From: Candidatus Zixiibacteriota bacterium
GTDB lineage: Bacteria > Zixibacteria > MSB-5A5 > UBA10806
Assembly (NCBI GenBank): GCA_024641335.1
Contig: JAHEDG010000001.1
Span: 46,910-110,909 of the forward strand
DNA length: 64,000 nucleotides
Reading direction: 5' to 3'
Part shown: positions 19,949-28,734 of the stretch, in pieces
Layout of the letters: each line of letters opens with the position of its first letter
Numbering within the stretch: position 1 is the stretch's first letter
Position numbers and translations under genes: made by a program
The notes under the pieces: generated by a model
What the model saw: only the letters and a program-made list of their open reading frames with translations
Databases searched by the model: none
Told to the model about the DNA's origin: nothing

Positions 19949-21294
19949 GACTATTGGTGATCGATGATGAAGCCCATCAGCGCGAATTGCTTTCCGATTA
20001 TCTGAAAAAAAACGGACATCAGGTAGCTGTCGCCGGTGACGGGGAGGAAGCGATCGAGCTTCTCAAGTCCGAAGGGGCCGAGGCCGCCCTGGTCGATATG
20101 CGGATGCCGAAAATGGATGGTCTGGCATTTATCCGGGCGGGTCTCGATCTGTATCCAGACCTGGCCATAGTGGTCATGACCGCTTATGGCACAGTGGAAT
20201 CGGCGGTCGAGGCCATGAAAGCCGGGGCCTTCGATTATATGCTCAAACCGATTGATCTGGATCATCTGCAGGTTATCCTGACCAGAATTAAAAATAATCA
20301 TCGGCTGGTTATGGAAAACCGTTACCTGAAACGAAAACTTCAGGAAGCTGATGGTCATCAGAAGATTATAGGCGGTTCCGAGGCTATCAGAAAGGTCCTG
20401 GCGGAGGTTTCCAGAATAGCGCAATCTGACGCCACGATTCTGATACGGGGTGAATCGGGTACCGGCAAGGAACTGGTCGCCAACGCTATCCACGCCGCTT
20501 CACCCAGATCCTCCGGACCGTTTTTGGCGGTCAATTGTGCCTCACTGCCGGAAACGCTGCTCGAATCGGAGCTTTTCGGTCATGAGAAGGGGGCCTTCAC
20601 CGGAGCGACCGCCAGGCATCTGGGACGGTTCGAGCTGGCCGATAGAGGGACTATTTTCCTCGATGAGATCGGCGATATCTCTCCGGCCACCCAGGTTAAG
20701 CTTCTGCGGGTATTGGAATCGAGGACTATTCAGAGGATCGGCCAGGGGAAGGATATTGCCGTTGATATCAGGATTGTCTCGGCCACCAACCAGGATCTCG
20801 ATGCCAGGGTCAGGGAAGGTGTTTTTCGGGAGGATCTGTTTTACCGATTGAATGTCATTCCACTGTTCATTCCACCCCTGCGCGAGCGACGCCAGGATAT
20901 ATTACCGCTTTTGGAATTTTTTATCGAAAAATACAACAGGAAAAACAACAAAGCGATCAGGGGAATCACCCCGAAAGCCAAGGACGCTTTGCTCAATTAT
21001 TCGTGGCCGGGCAATGTCCGCGAGTTGGAGAATTTAATCGAAAGGGCGATTGTCCTTTCCACCGGAGAGGTTATAGATCTTGACGATATCGAGTCAGGTG
21101 TCGGGCGTCAGGCTACGGAGAAAGAGATCCTTTTCGCCGATGATCTGGATCTGTCCGGTCTGGAAAAAAAGGCTATAGTCGAGGCTTTGAAAAGAACCAA
21201 CGGAAGTCTGACCCAGGCCGCTGATCTTTTGGGAATTCACAGAAACTCGATCAGGTTGAAAATCAATAAATACGGGATAGATCATAAGAATTGA
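19945..21294 (+). CDS. Sigma-54-dependent response regulator (NtrC family: REC + AAA+ + Fis-type HTH)
   Basis: Receiver 'LLVIDDE...VDMRMP'. Walker A 'GESGTGKE'. GAFTGA loop 'ESELFGHEKGAFTGA'. C-terminal HTH. ATGA start/stop overlap with the kinase gene. Confidence 0.9.
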   Translation: MRLLVIDDEAHQRELLSDYLKKNGHQVAVAGDGEEAIELLKSEGAEAALVDMRMPKMDGLAFIRAGLDLYPDLAIVVMTAYGTVESAVEAMKAGAFDYMLKPIDLDHLQVILTRIKNNHRLVMENRYLKRKLQEADGHQKIIGGSEAIRKVLAEVSRIAQSDATILIRGESGTGKELVANAIHAASPRSSGPFLAVNCASLPETLLESELFGHEKGAFTGATARHLGRFELADRGTIFLDEIGDISPATQVKLLRVLESRTIQRIGQGKDIAVDIRIVSATNQDLDARVREGVFREDLFYRLNVIPLFIPPLRERRQDILPLLEFFIEKYNRKNNKAIRGITPKAKDALLNYSWPGNVRELENLIERAIVLSTGEVIDLDDIESGVGRQATEKEILFADDLDLSGLEKKAIVEALKRTNGSLTQAADLLGIHRNSIRLKINKYGIDHKN

Positions 21295-21403
21295 TGCACA
21301 ATACTATTTCGCGCGCGAACAATATTTGTGCGTGGCTTGATTCCGAATTTTGGCCGATATTTATAACGTATTGAGGTTCATCAGGTTAATTGATAGCCAT
21401 GAT

Positions 21404-21418
21404 TGGCACGGAAATTGT
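21404..21418 (+). promoter_or_regulatory. Candidate sigma-54 (-24/-12) promoter: TGGCACG-N4-TTGT
   Basis: Perfect -24 element TGGCAC. The -12 element is TTGT (consensus TTGC) at the correct spacing, about 40 nt upstream of the 21457 start and directly downstream of the NtrC-type activator gene. Confidence 0.45.
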
Positions 21419-21456
21419 ATTAATAATTGACGGGAAATATGAGAATGGAGGACAAA

Positions 21457-22326
21457 ATGACGAGCAATCGCGAAACGACAAGGATGAAGTCACTGTTGGT
21501 ATTAGTTGTTTCCCTTATGCTTTTGGCCATTGCCTGCGATGTTAGAGAGACTGTTTATGTAGATGGTCAGGATATCACTCCTCCGCCGGTTCCGTCGGGC
21601 GTAAGATCGATCACCGGAGACGGAGTGGTCTGGGTGCATTGGAATGAGATAACAGGGGTTGACGATCTCGAGGGTTTCAAGATTTTTCGCAGTATAGATA
21701 ATAATATTTTTAACCGAATCGCCACGGTTTCGGCCGCGGTCAGCAGCTATGCCGATTATAATGTAATCAACGGCCAGACTTATTTTTACGGAGTCAGCTC
21801 TTTTGATTTTGACGGGAACGAATCCAACGAATCATTCGATTACGTGATCGTATTCGACACGCCCCGTCCCGAAGGTATCGCGACCATTTTCAATTCCGCC
21901 GACCCGGGTTATACCGATATCTCCGGCTTTGATTTTTCATCGGAGACCAGGGTGCTTTGGAGCAGTCCGGACTGCGATATTAACTTGGAATACGATGATA
22001 CTCCGGGCATAACCTCGTTTTATATCTGGCTCGGGCCGCACGGCCTGGCGATTCAGGATATGGGTTATACCAGCGGTTTCGACGATATCTCTTATGCTCC
22101 CCCGGCCGGCTGGTCCGGGATGGAATACGTAGAGGCTATCGAGGGTCATACCTATGTGCTCCTGACCATGGATAATCACTACGCGAAGGTTCGTATTTCC
22201 AGTTTCAGCGGTGTTCCCGCTTACAGCATGACCTTCGAATGGGGCTACCAGACAGATACCGGCAATCGTGAACTCAAGATCGATCCCTCTACTCTGGGTA
22301 TCGATATAAGCGAGGCTGGGCAGTAG
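21457..22326 (+). CDS. Lipoprotein with fibronectin type III-like domain
   Basis: GGAGG RBS before the ATG at 21457. Lipobox 'LLAIAC'. FN3-like 'VHWNEITGVDDLEGFKIFRS...YADYNVINGQTYFYGVSSFDFDGNES'. Confidence 0.55.
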   Translation: MTSNRETTRMKSLLVLVVSLMLLAIACDVRETVYVDGQDITPPPVPSGVRSITGDGVVWVHWNEITGVDDLEGFKIFRSIDNNIFNRIATVSAAVSSYADYNVINGQTYFYGVSSFDFDGNESNESFDYVIVFDTPRPEGIATIFNSADPGYTDISGFDFSSETRVLWSSPDCDINLEYDDTPGITSFYIWLGPHGLAIQDMGYTSGFDDISYAPPAGWSGMEYVEAIEGHTYVLLTMDNHYAKVRISSFSGVPAYSMTFEWGYQTDTGNRELKIDPSTLGIDISEAGQ

Positions 22327-22421
22327 CGATGAGGAATATTTTGCAAAGATACCGAGATGGTATCCCGGACGGCCGGACGCTTGAGTCCGCTGTCCGTACC
22401 GATAGAAAGGCGGTGATCGCG

Positions 22422-23900
22422 ATGAAATGGAAAAGTATGGCAATAGCCGCGATCCTGACGGCCGGAATGGCTGTCGGAGCCGGGGCTGGAGAATACTGGG
22501 GAAGACATGGAAACGGACCTGATATAGAGGTCTGGACCAACAAGGGAGATAATTCCACCTATTATTTCGGCGAGGATGTGGCGGTATATTTCCAGGCCGA
22601 GGACGATTGCTATGTCGTGGTTTACGATATCGATCCGTCGGGCGAGGTAACTGTGCTGTTTCCTTCCAATTACTTCAGCAGCAGTTATGTTACCGGCGGA
22701 CGGGTTTACCGCGTGCCGGATTATTACGACGATTACACTCTCGAAGTTTCCGGCAGATCCGGCAGGGAATATATTTACGCCGTGGCCAGCTACGACTATA
22801 TCAATCCTCCCGATTTCATGAAATATATCGGGTACGACTACGGCAATGATGACTCTTACAACGAAGATTATTTTGTCATGAAAGTCCGGGGCGAACAAGA
22901 GGATTTTGTCGAATTTGTCAGGCACAGACTGGTCGGCGATTCGTACTCGGTAGCCTTTACCAGGTTCAATGTCGATACCGGCTACCGTCATCACAACCAT
23001 TACCGCTACTGGGATTATGATCCGTACAATGTCGGTTCCGCCTGGATAGGATGCAATTTCCCTGGCGCGGAGATCTGGATCGATGGTGTTTATTTCGGCA
23101 TCGCGCCGGTTCTTATTCCGAGGATATACTTAGGGCGTCACTGGGTCTGGGTATATTACGGCGGGTATCCGTGCTACCAGCAGTATTTTTATGTCTCCGG
23201 GTACAGCAGGTATTATCTGGATATCAAGGTTGACAGGCGCTATCGGGATACCCGTCACCGTCGCTCCTCATTCAGGGACTGGAGATTCAATGAAGAAAGA
23301 TATCGCAATGACGGTGATTTTCTCAAGGATGTTCGGGCGGTCAGGGAGAAGAACGTCCGCCGTCGGGGATTGCCGTCGAATGTTATCCGCGACCTCGACA
23401 AGAAAGGCGCTATACGGGCGAACGCGCCAATCTTGAAACAGGTCCGAGAGAGCGATAGCAGAAGCGACCGTGTCAGGGTGATGGAGAAGAGACAGGCCCG
23501 GGAAGAGGCCGGGAGGAAGATCGACAGGCGGGGAGAAACTGCCGCGCCGTCCAATCCCGAGAGGATAAAAAAAGAGATCAGGCCGGGCGAGAATATGATT
23601 GACAGCCGGGGGATCGAAAGGCAAATTAACCCTGACGAATCCCGGCGGGAGAAAAACGGGAAAACGATAGAAAAGAGACAGTCGGTTCGTGATTCCGATT
23701 CAGGGAAAACGGTTATCAAAGAAAAGAAGAAGGAAACGCCAAAGAGCGAAACCGTAAAAGAGACCAAAATTAGGAGCGGAGAATCGGTCAAATCCGAGGG
23801 GAAATCCTCAAAAGAGCCTTCTGTGAAACGTAACAGGGAATCGAAACAGAAGGTTAAATCTCCGAAGAAATCGTCGTCGGATAAGGATGGGAGACAATGA
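22422..23900 (+). CDS. Secreted DUF4384 + PEGA domain protein with ~230-aa highly charged low-complexity tail
   Basis: Signal peptide 'MKWKSMAIAAILTAGMAVGAGAG'. DUF4384-like 'VAVYFQAEDDCYVVVYDIDPSGEVTVLFP'. PEGA-like 'GAEIWIDGVYFGIAPVLIP...GRHWVWV'. C-terminal R/K/E/D/S-rich region. The track ORF has a 31-aa N-terminal extension that would mask the signal peptide. Confidence 0.6.
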   Translation: MKWKSMAIAAILTAGMAVGAGAGEYWGRHGNGPDIEVWTNKGDNSTYYFGEDVAVYFQAEDDCYVVVYDIDPSGEVTVLFPSNYFSSSYVTGGRVYRVPDYYDDYTLEVSGRSGREYIYAVASYDYINPPDFMKYIGYDYGNDDSYNEDYFVMKVRGEQEDFVEFVRHRLVGDSYSVAFTRFNVDTGYRHHNHYRYWDYDPYNVGSAWIGCNFPGAEIWIDGVYFGIAPVLIPRIYLGRHWVWVYYGGYPCYQQYFYVSGYSRYYLDIKVDRRYRDTRHRRSSFRDWRFNEERYRNDGDFLKDVRAVREKNVRRRGLPSNVIRDLDKKGAIRANAPILKQVRESDSRSDRVRVMEKRQAREEAGRKIDRRGETAAPSNPERIKKEIRPGENMIDSRGIERQINPDESRREKNGKTIEKRQSVRDSDSGKTVIKEKKKETPKSETVKETKIRSGESVKSEGKSSKEPSVKRNRESKQKVKSPKKSSSDKDGRQ

Positions 23901-24262
23901 AGAAGAGAATAGCCATAATAGCCATGATGGTCTTATTGGCTGTATCGTCTCCGGCCTGGGCGGTTAAAAAGGTGGAGAAGAAGAAGAAGCAATCGAGCGG
24001 GCAGGTCAATAACCAGCAGGCCCCGTCGGATACCGCCCGGGATAGAGAAGCAACTCCTCCCGGCAGCCGCCAGGAATCGACCCCTCCTTCACCACCTCCG
24101 CCTACTAGAGAAGAACCGAGGGAGCAGCCAAAAGATCGTTTTATTGACAATAATGGCGACGGAATCAACGACGATATTCAGCAGAAACCGTCGGTCCGGA
24201 TCAGGAAAAAAGAGGAACAGCGGCAGGATCCGGAGAAGCAGAACGATAGAAATTTCAGATAG
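23897..24262 (+). CDS. Small secreted disordered acidic/proline-rich protein
   Basis: Signal peptide 'IAIIAMMVLLAVSSPAWA'. KKKK, PPSPPPP and 'DNNGDGINDD' (Ca-binding-like Asp loop) segments. ATGA overlap with the upstream gene. Confidence 0.5.
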   Translation: MKKRIAIIAMMVLLAVSSPAWAVKKVEKKKKQSSGQVNNQQAPSDTARDREATPPGSRQESTPPSPPPPTREEPREQPKDRFIDNNGDGINDDIQQKPSVRIRKKEEQRQDPEKQNDRNFR

Positions 24263-24287
24263 ACAGCGAAAAGAAATCTAAATTTAA

Positions 24288-24313
24288 AAGCCCCGGAAAT
24301 CCGGGGCTTTTTA
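24288..24313 (+). terminator. Rho-independent terminator
   Basis: AAAGCCCCGG-aaat-CCGGGGCTTTTT hairpin followed by a T-run. Confidence 0.8.
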
Positions 24314-24392
24314 TTATAATAAGGCGAACGGCTCCCGCCGAAGATCATAATGGTTGACAAAGAGGCATAAATTCGGAGATAATGAATATAGT

Positions 24393-25298
24393 ATGCCGAC
24401 GGGATTGTCTCTTGTAATCAGGGTAAAATCGCCTTTGGTGATATCCGAAAAGGGAGAATTGGATATCGATATCCTGCGGACCATGCTGGAAACAGGTTTG
24501 GCGGCGCTATCGGGCCATAATGATTATATCGGATATCTCGGTTCGCTTTTCGGCTTGTCCGATACTGTCGGAATGAAGGTCAACACGCTTGGAGGGCCGG
24601 GTATCTCGACCCATGCCGAAGCGGTTGGTTTGATTTCGGATTTTTTGGGTCAATCCGGTATTCCCCTCAAAAAACAGCTGATTTGGGATCGTCAGGATAG
24701 AGAGCTTTCAGCCGTCGGTTTCAAAGTGACCGCCCGTGGGGACGGTCCCCGTTGTTTCGGCACCGATCATAAAGGGGTAGGATATTCCGATAACCTGGTT
24801 TCCCGAGGCAGAATCGGGGGTCTTTTGAGCAGGATTCTGGAGGAATATTGCGATTCGCTTATTAATCTGCCGGTGTTGAAAGATCACGGCATTGCCGGGA
24901 TAACCTGTTCGATGAAGAATCATTATGGGAGTATTCACAATCCCAACAAATATCACGGCAACGCCTGCGACCCGTATATCTCCGACCTCAACAGTCTGGA
25001 ACAGATAAGGTCCAGGCAGCGTTTGATAATAGTGGACGCCTTGAAAGTTCAGTATCATGGCGGCCCGGCGTACCACCGGCAATGGGCGTCGAATTACGGG
25101 GCCCTGTTATTTGGAATCGATCCGGTGGCGGTTGACACCGTCGGTTACGGGATTATCGAGAATTTAAGGGTATCCGCCGGATTGGAAAAGCTGAAGGGAA
25201 CGAAAAGAGAGCCGAAATATATAAGTAGATCTGAAGAGTACGGACTCGGCAACAGCGATCCGGGAAAAATCGATCTTCGGGAGTTTACCGTAACTTAG
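24393..25298 (+). CDS. DUF362 domain protein
   Basis: 'DTVGMKVNTLGGPGISTH' core typical of DUF362. The track ORF starts at TTG 24354. That TTG is part of a TTGACA-N18-GATAAT promoter-like sequence, so the ATG at 24393 is preferred. Confidence 0.55.
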   Translation: MPTGLSLVIRVKSPLVISEKGELDIDILRTMLETGLAALSGHNDYIGYLGSLFGLSDTVGMKVNTLGGPGISTHAEAVGLISDFLGQSGIPLKKQLIWDRQDRELSAVGFKVTARGDGPRCFGTDHKGVGYSDNLVSRGRIGGLLSRILEEYCDSLINLPVLKDHGIAGITCSMKNHYGSIHNPNKYHGNACDPYISDLNSLEQIRSRQRLIIVDALKVQYHGGPAYHRQWASNYGALLFGIDPVAVDTVGYGIIENLRVSAGLEKLKGTKREPKYISRSEEYGLGNSDPGKIDLREFTVT

Positions 25299-25330
25299 GA
25301 CGATAATTGTTTTTTAAAGGACAGGATTAA

Positions 25331-27013
25331 TTGATGAAGTCAGCCAGATTTGCTATAATATTTTTTATCGTGACGGCCCTTGCCTGCGGCAGGGCGGTGA
25401 AAAAAGAAACCGGTCCCGATTCGGGCGAAAAGGACGCATATTCGTCATACCGGGCTTATGATCATTTTGTCAAGGGAGACCTCTACGAACAGTCGGGGAA
25501 TCTCGACGGCGCCGTGGACGAATATCGCAAAGCGTTGATCTACGACCCGTTTTCGGCCGAAATCAGGCGGACATTGTCGGATGTTTATTTCAATCAGAGG
25601 AAATTCAGCGAAGCGGCGGTGCTTCGCTCGGAGATAAAACAAAAAACAGTTGACGATTATAATTTCATAGGGGATTGCCTGCATTTCAGCCGGGATTTCA
25701 GAGGGGCTCTCGATTTTTACAAGAGATCTCTGGAAATGGACCCCAGACAGTATCTTCCCAGAAAATACTCGGCCGGGCTTTATCAGTATCTGGGCGATAT
25801 GGATGAGGCCGAAAAGCAATATAAAGTCGCCGTGGAACACGCGCCGGATAAGCAGGAAGCCTGGCTCGATCTGGGTACTTTTTATCTCAGGCAGTCCGAT
25901 GACGATCGGGCGTTGGGCGCTTTCGAGGAAGCCTTGAAAGAAGATTCCAGCGATGTTCGCACTATTCTGGAAATCGCTTCCATCAGAATGAACGCCGGGG
26001 ATACGACCCTGGCGGACAGTATGTATATCGATCTGGCCGAGAAAAACTGGGATAATCCGGCTATGCTTCAGTCTATGGTGCCGTTGTTTTTCTCCGTAAA
26101 CGATGACCAGACGGCCCGCAGAATCGGGGCCCGCGTTCTGGAGCTCGAGCCCGGCAATCCCGATGTTCAAAGACAATACGCTTATATCCTTTTCAGCAGC
26201 CAGAAATTTGTCCAGGCCGAATCTCTGATGATCGTGTTGGACCAGAATGGTCATGCCGATTCGGATATCTATTACTATCTGGCCAGAATCAGGCAGTATA
26301 ATGATGATTATCCGGCGGCCGAGGGGTATTTCAATAAGGCGCTGGCTCTCAACGATACCTTGTCGGACGCCTGGATCGGTCTGGCTATGAGCGTCGATTT
26401 GCAGGGTAGATATCAGGAAGCTCTTGTCTTAATGAAGAACGCCCTGGATAAAATCCCGGGGGACTCGACAGTCATTATGTTTTACACTGCTGTTGTACAT
26501 TCCAATAACGAGCGGTTCGAGCTGGCCCGCGACGGATATATCCGCCTGTTGAACTCCAATCCGGATAATATTCAATTCAAATTCAATTTGGGTGCCTCTT
26601 ACGAAAGGCTGGGGCAGTTTGATGACGCGGAAAGAGAATTCAAACAGATTATAAAGAAAACGCCCGATAATCCGCTGGCTTTGAATTATCTCGGATATAT
26701 GTACGCTGATAAGGGGATAAAACTCAATGAGGCCTTAGCGATGATTGAAAAGGCCATATCTTTAGATCCGGACAACGGCGCTTTCCTTGACAGCTATGCC
26801 TGGGCGTTGTATAAACTGAAAAGGTATGATGAGGCTATTGTGCAGATGAACAAGGCGTTGGAGATAGACGATAGCGACGCTATTCTATTCGATCATCAGG
26901 GGGATATCTACGCCGCCTTGAATCAACCGGACAAAGCAAGGGAGAGCTGGGGCAAAGCGCTCGAGCTCGATCCCGATAACCAGGAAATTATCTCGAAATT
27001 GAAACTTAGGTGA
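25331..27013 (+). CDS. TPR-repeat lipoprotein
   Basis: Lipobox 'ALACG'. Multiple 34-aa TPR-like repeats ('AWLDLGTFYLRQSDDDRALGAFEEALK' and similar). Confidence 0.8.
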   Translation: MMKSARFAIIFFIVTALACGRAVKKETGPDSGEKDAYSSYRAYDHFVKGDLYEQSGNLDGAVDEYRKALIYDPFSAEIRRTLSDVYFNQRKFSEAAVLRSEIKQKTVDDYNFIGDCLHFSRDFRGALDFYKRSLEMDPRQYLPRKYSAGLYQYLGDMDEAEKQYKVAVEHAPDKQEAWLDLGTFYLRQSDDDRALGAFEEALKEDSSDVRTILEIASIRMNAGDTTLADSMYIDLAEKNWDNPAMLQSMVPLFFSVNDDQTARRIGARVLELEPGNPDVQRQYAYILFSSQKFVQAESLMIVLDQNGHADSDIYYYLARIRQYNDDYPAAEGYFNKALALNDTLSDAWIGLAMSVDLQGRYQEALVLMKNALDKIPGDSTVIMFYTAVVHSNNERFELARDGYIRLLNSNPDNIQFKFNLGASYERLGQFDDAEREFKQIIKKTPDNPLALNYLGYMYADKGIKLNEALAMIEKAISLDPDNGAFLDSYAWALYKLKRYDEAIVQMNKALEIDDSDAILFDHQGDIYAALNQPDKARESWGKALELDPDNQEIISKLKLR

Positions 27014-28704
27014 GAAGAACCGGTCTCGTTTTTTATTTAGTTTGCTTATCGCTTTCGGTTATTTTGACCTGCGCGGTAAATGATTCTCCGTCGGGAGGAC
27101 CAGCTGATACAACGCCCCCTACGGTAGTCAATGTAGAACCGGAACCCGGCAGCACCGGCATATCCGCCGATATCGTATTCTCCATAGAGTTTTCGAAACC
27201 GATGAGACCTGACGCGGTAGAGAATTCTATTTTCCTTTCCCCTGTTTTCTGGGATTACCCCGAATTCAAATGGTCGGGAAGAAAACTGACCATCAAGCCC
27301 CCGGAAAAACTTAAGGAAAATACCACCTATGTGCTGACTGTCGGTGCGGGCGCCACCGATACCCGCCGTAACAAGATGGGCAAATCGTATAGTTTCCCGT
27401 TTTCCACCGGCGCTATGATCGACAGCGGATCGGTCTGGGGAGGGATATTCTCTCTGGAAAGCAATCGAACATCATACGATATCTGGGCATACAGAATAGA
27501 CAGTTCGACAATCTCCGGTTTTATGGCCCTGATACCCGATTATGGAACACAGGTCGATTCCGCAGGAGGTTTTTCCATCCAGAATATGGCGGCCGGAGAT
27601 TATATCGTGGTGGCTGTCGACGACAAGAATGATGACCTGTTCTGCGATCCATCGTCCGAATCAATGGCCTTGCCGCCGGGGATTGTCTCTGTCGCCGGAA
27701 GCGCCCGGATCGACGGAATAATCTTAAGGCCCGAACGACGGGATACGATTCCGGCTTTTTTCTCCAGGGTGGAACCGCTCAACGACCGGCTTTTGTCAGT
27801 AGAATTTTCTCAGCCGGTAGATGACAGGATGGAATTGGATACCGTGTCTTACTATATTCAGGCTTCCGATTCGTCGGGGTTGGCGATCATGGGAGCTTAT
27901 CTGTCTGAAAGCGGACGTTTGAATATCGAGACCGATTATCAGTCCGCGGAGAGATCTTATCGGCTCAAGCCGAACGGTCTAATCTCCGAATGGGGTGTGC
28001 GGTTCGATACGTCGGGAGGCAGCTTCAAGGGCAATCCCAAGCCCGATTCAGCCGGTCCGAAATTAATATCCACTTTTCCTCCCGGCGGTTCGCGATCTGT
28101 TTACCAGGATACTGTTGTGGAACTGACCTTCTCCGAAAGGATCAATCCCCGCGGTTTTGCCGAATCGGTGTCCATGGTTTCGGATTCTCTGGATACTCTG
28201 CCGTTTATTCCGAAATGGACATCTCCCAATAAAGCGGCTCTATTAGTACCTGGCGGGATTCCCAGGGAGAAGAAAATAGAAGTTCGATTGCGGCCCGAGA
28301 AAATCTTCGATACGGTCGGCAACCGTATGGAAGACAGTGTAGTTACTTTCTCTTTCAAGCTGGCTCCTGTCGATACGGTCGGCTCGGTTTTAGCCAGGAT
28401 AAAATCGATCGGTCGATATCCCGTGATTGGCGAGCTAAAATCGCTTCGTCGGGGAGGGGAAACATATCAGGCCTCCGCTAATTCCGCCGGCCTGGTTCGA
28501 TTCCAAACAGTTATGCCGGGATCTTACAAATTTTATTTCTATGAAGATAAAGACCTTAACGGTAAATGGAGTCCTGGGTCGGTTACTCCTTTCCGGCCGG
28601 CGGATCGTTTTTCATTTCTGCCCGATTCCATTATTGTCAGATCCAGATGGGATACTGAAATAGGTGAAGTGGATTTACCTGTTGTCAACAGCGAAAAATA
28701 TTGA
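27010..28704 (+). CDS. Secreted protein with SbsA-type Ig-like domains
   Basis: Signal peptide. 'PPTVVNVEPEPGSTGISADIVFSIEFSKPM' and 'PKLISTFPPGGSRSVYQDTVVELTFSERI' bacterial Ig-like (Big_5) motifs. Confidence 0.55.
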   Translation: MRRTGLVFYLVCLSLSVILTCAVNDSPSGGPADTTPPTVVNVEPEPGSTGISADIVFSIEFSKPMRPDAVENSIFLSPVFWDYPEFKWSGRKLTIKPPEKLKENTTYVLTVGAGATDTRRNKMGKSYSFPFSTGAMIDSGSVWGGIFSLESNRTSYDIWAYRIDSSTISGFMALIPDYGTQVDSAGGFSIQNMAAGDYIVVAVDDKNDDLFCDPSSESMALPPGIVSVAGSARIDGIILRPERRDTIPAFFSRVEPLNDRLLSVEFSQPVDDRMELDTVSYYIQASDSSGLAIMGAYLSESGRLNIETDYQSAERSYRLKPNGLISEWGVRFDTSGGSFKGNPKPDSAGPKLISTFPPGGSRSVYQDTVVELTFSERINPRGFAESVSMVSDSLDTLPFIPKWTSPNKAALLVPGGIPREKKIEVRLRPEKIFDTVGNRMEDSVVTFSFKLAPVDTVGSVLARIKSIGRYPVIGELKSLRRGGETYQASANSAGLVRFQTVMPGSYKFYFYEDKDLNGKWSPGSVTPFRPADRFSFLPDSIIVRSRWDTEIGEVDLPVVNSEKY

Positions 28705-28734
28705 CTTAATCACCCCATATAGTATTATCAACTG

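Noticed and set aside
20450-20851. 133-aa + strand ORF in alternate frame
   Set aside because: Lies wholly within the NtrC-family regulator gene in a different frame. Pro/Arg-rich translation typical of off-frame GC-rich sequence.
22245-23000. 251-aa minus-strand ORF
   Set aside because: Antisense shadow of the DUF4384/PEGA gene. Low-complexity translation.
25445-26254. 269-aa minus-strand ORF
   Set aside because: Antisense to the TPR lipoprotein gene, whose repeats are clearly in the + frame.
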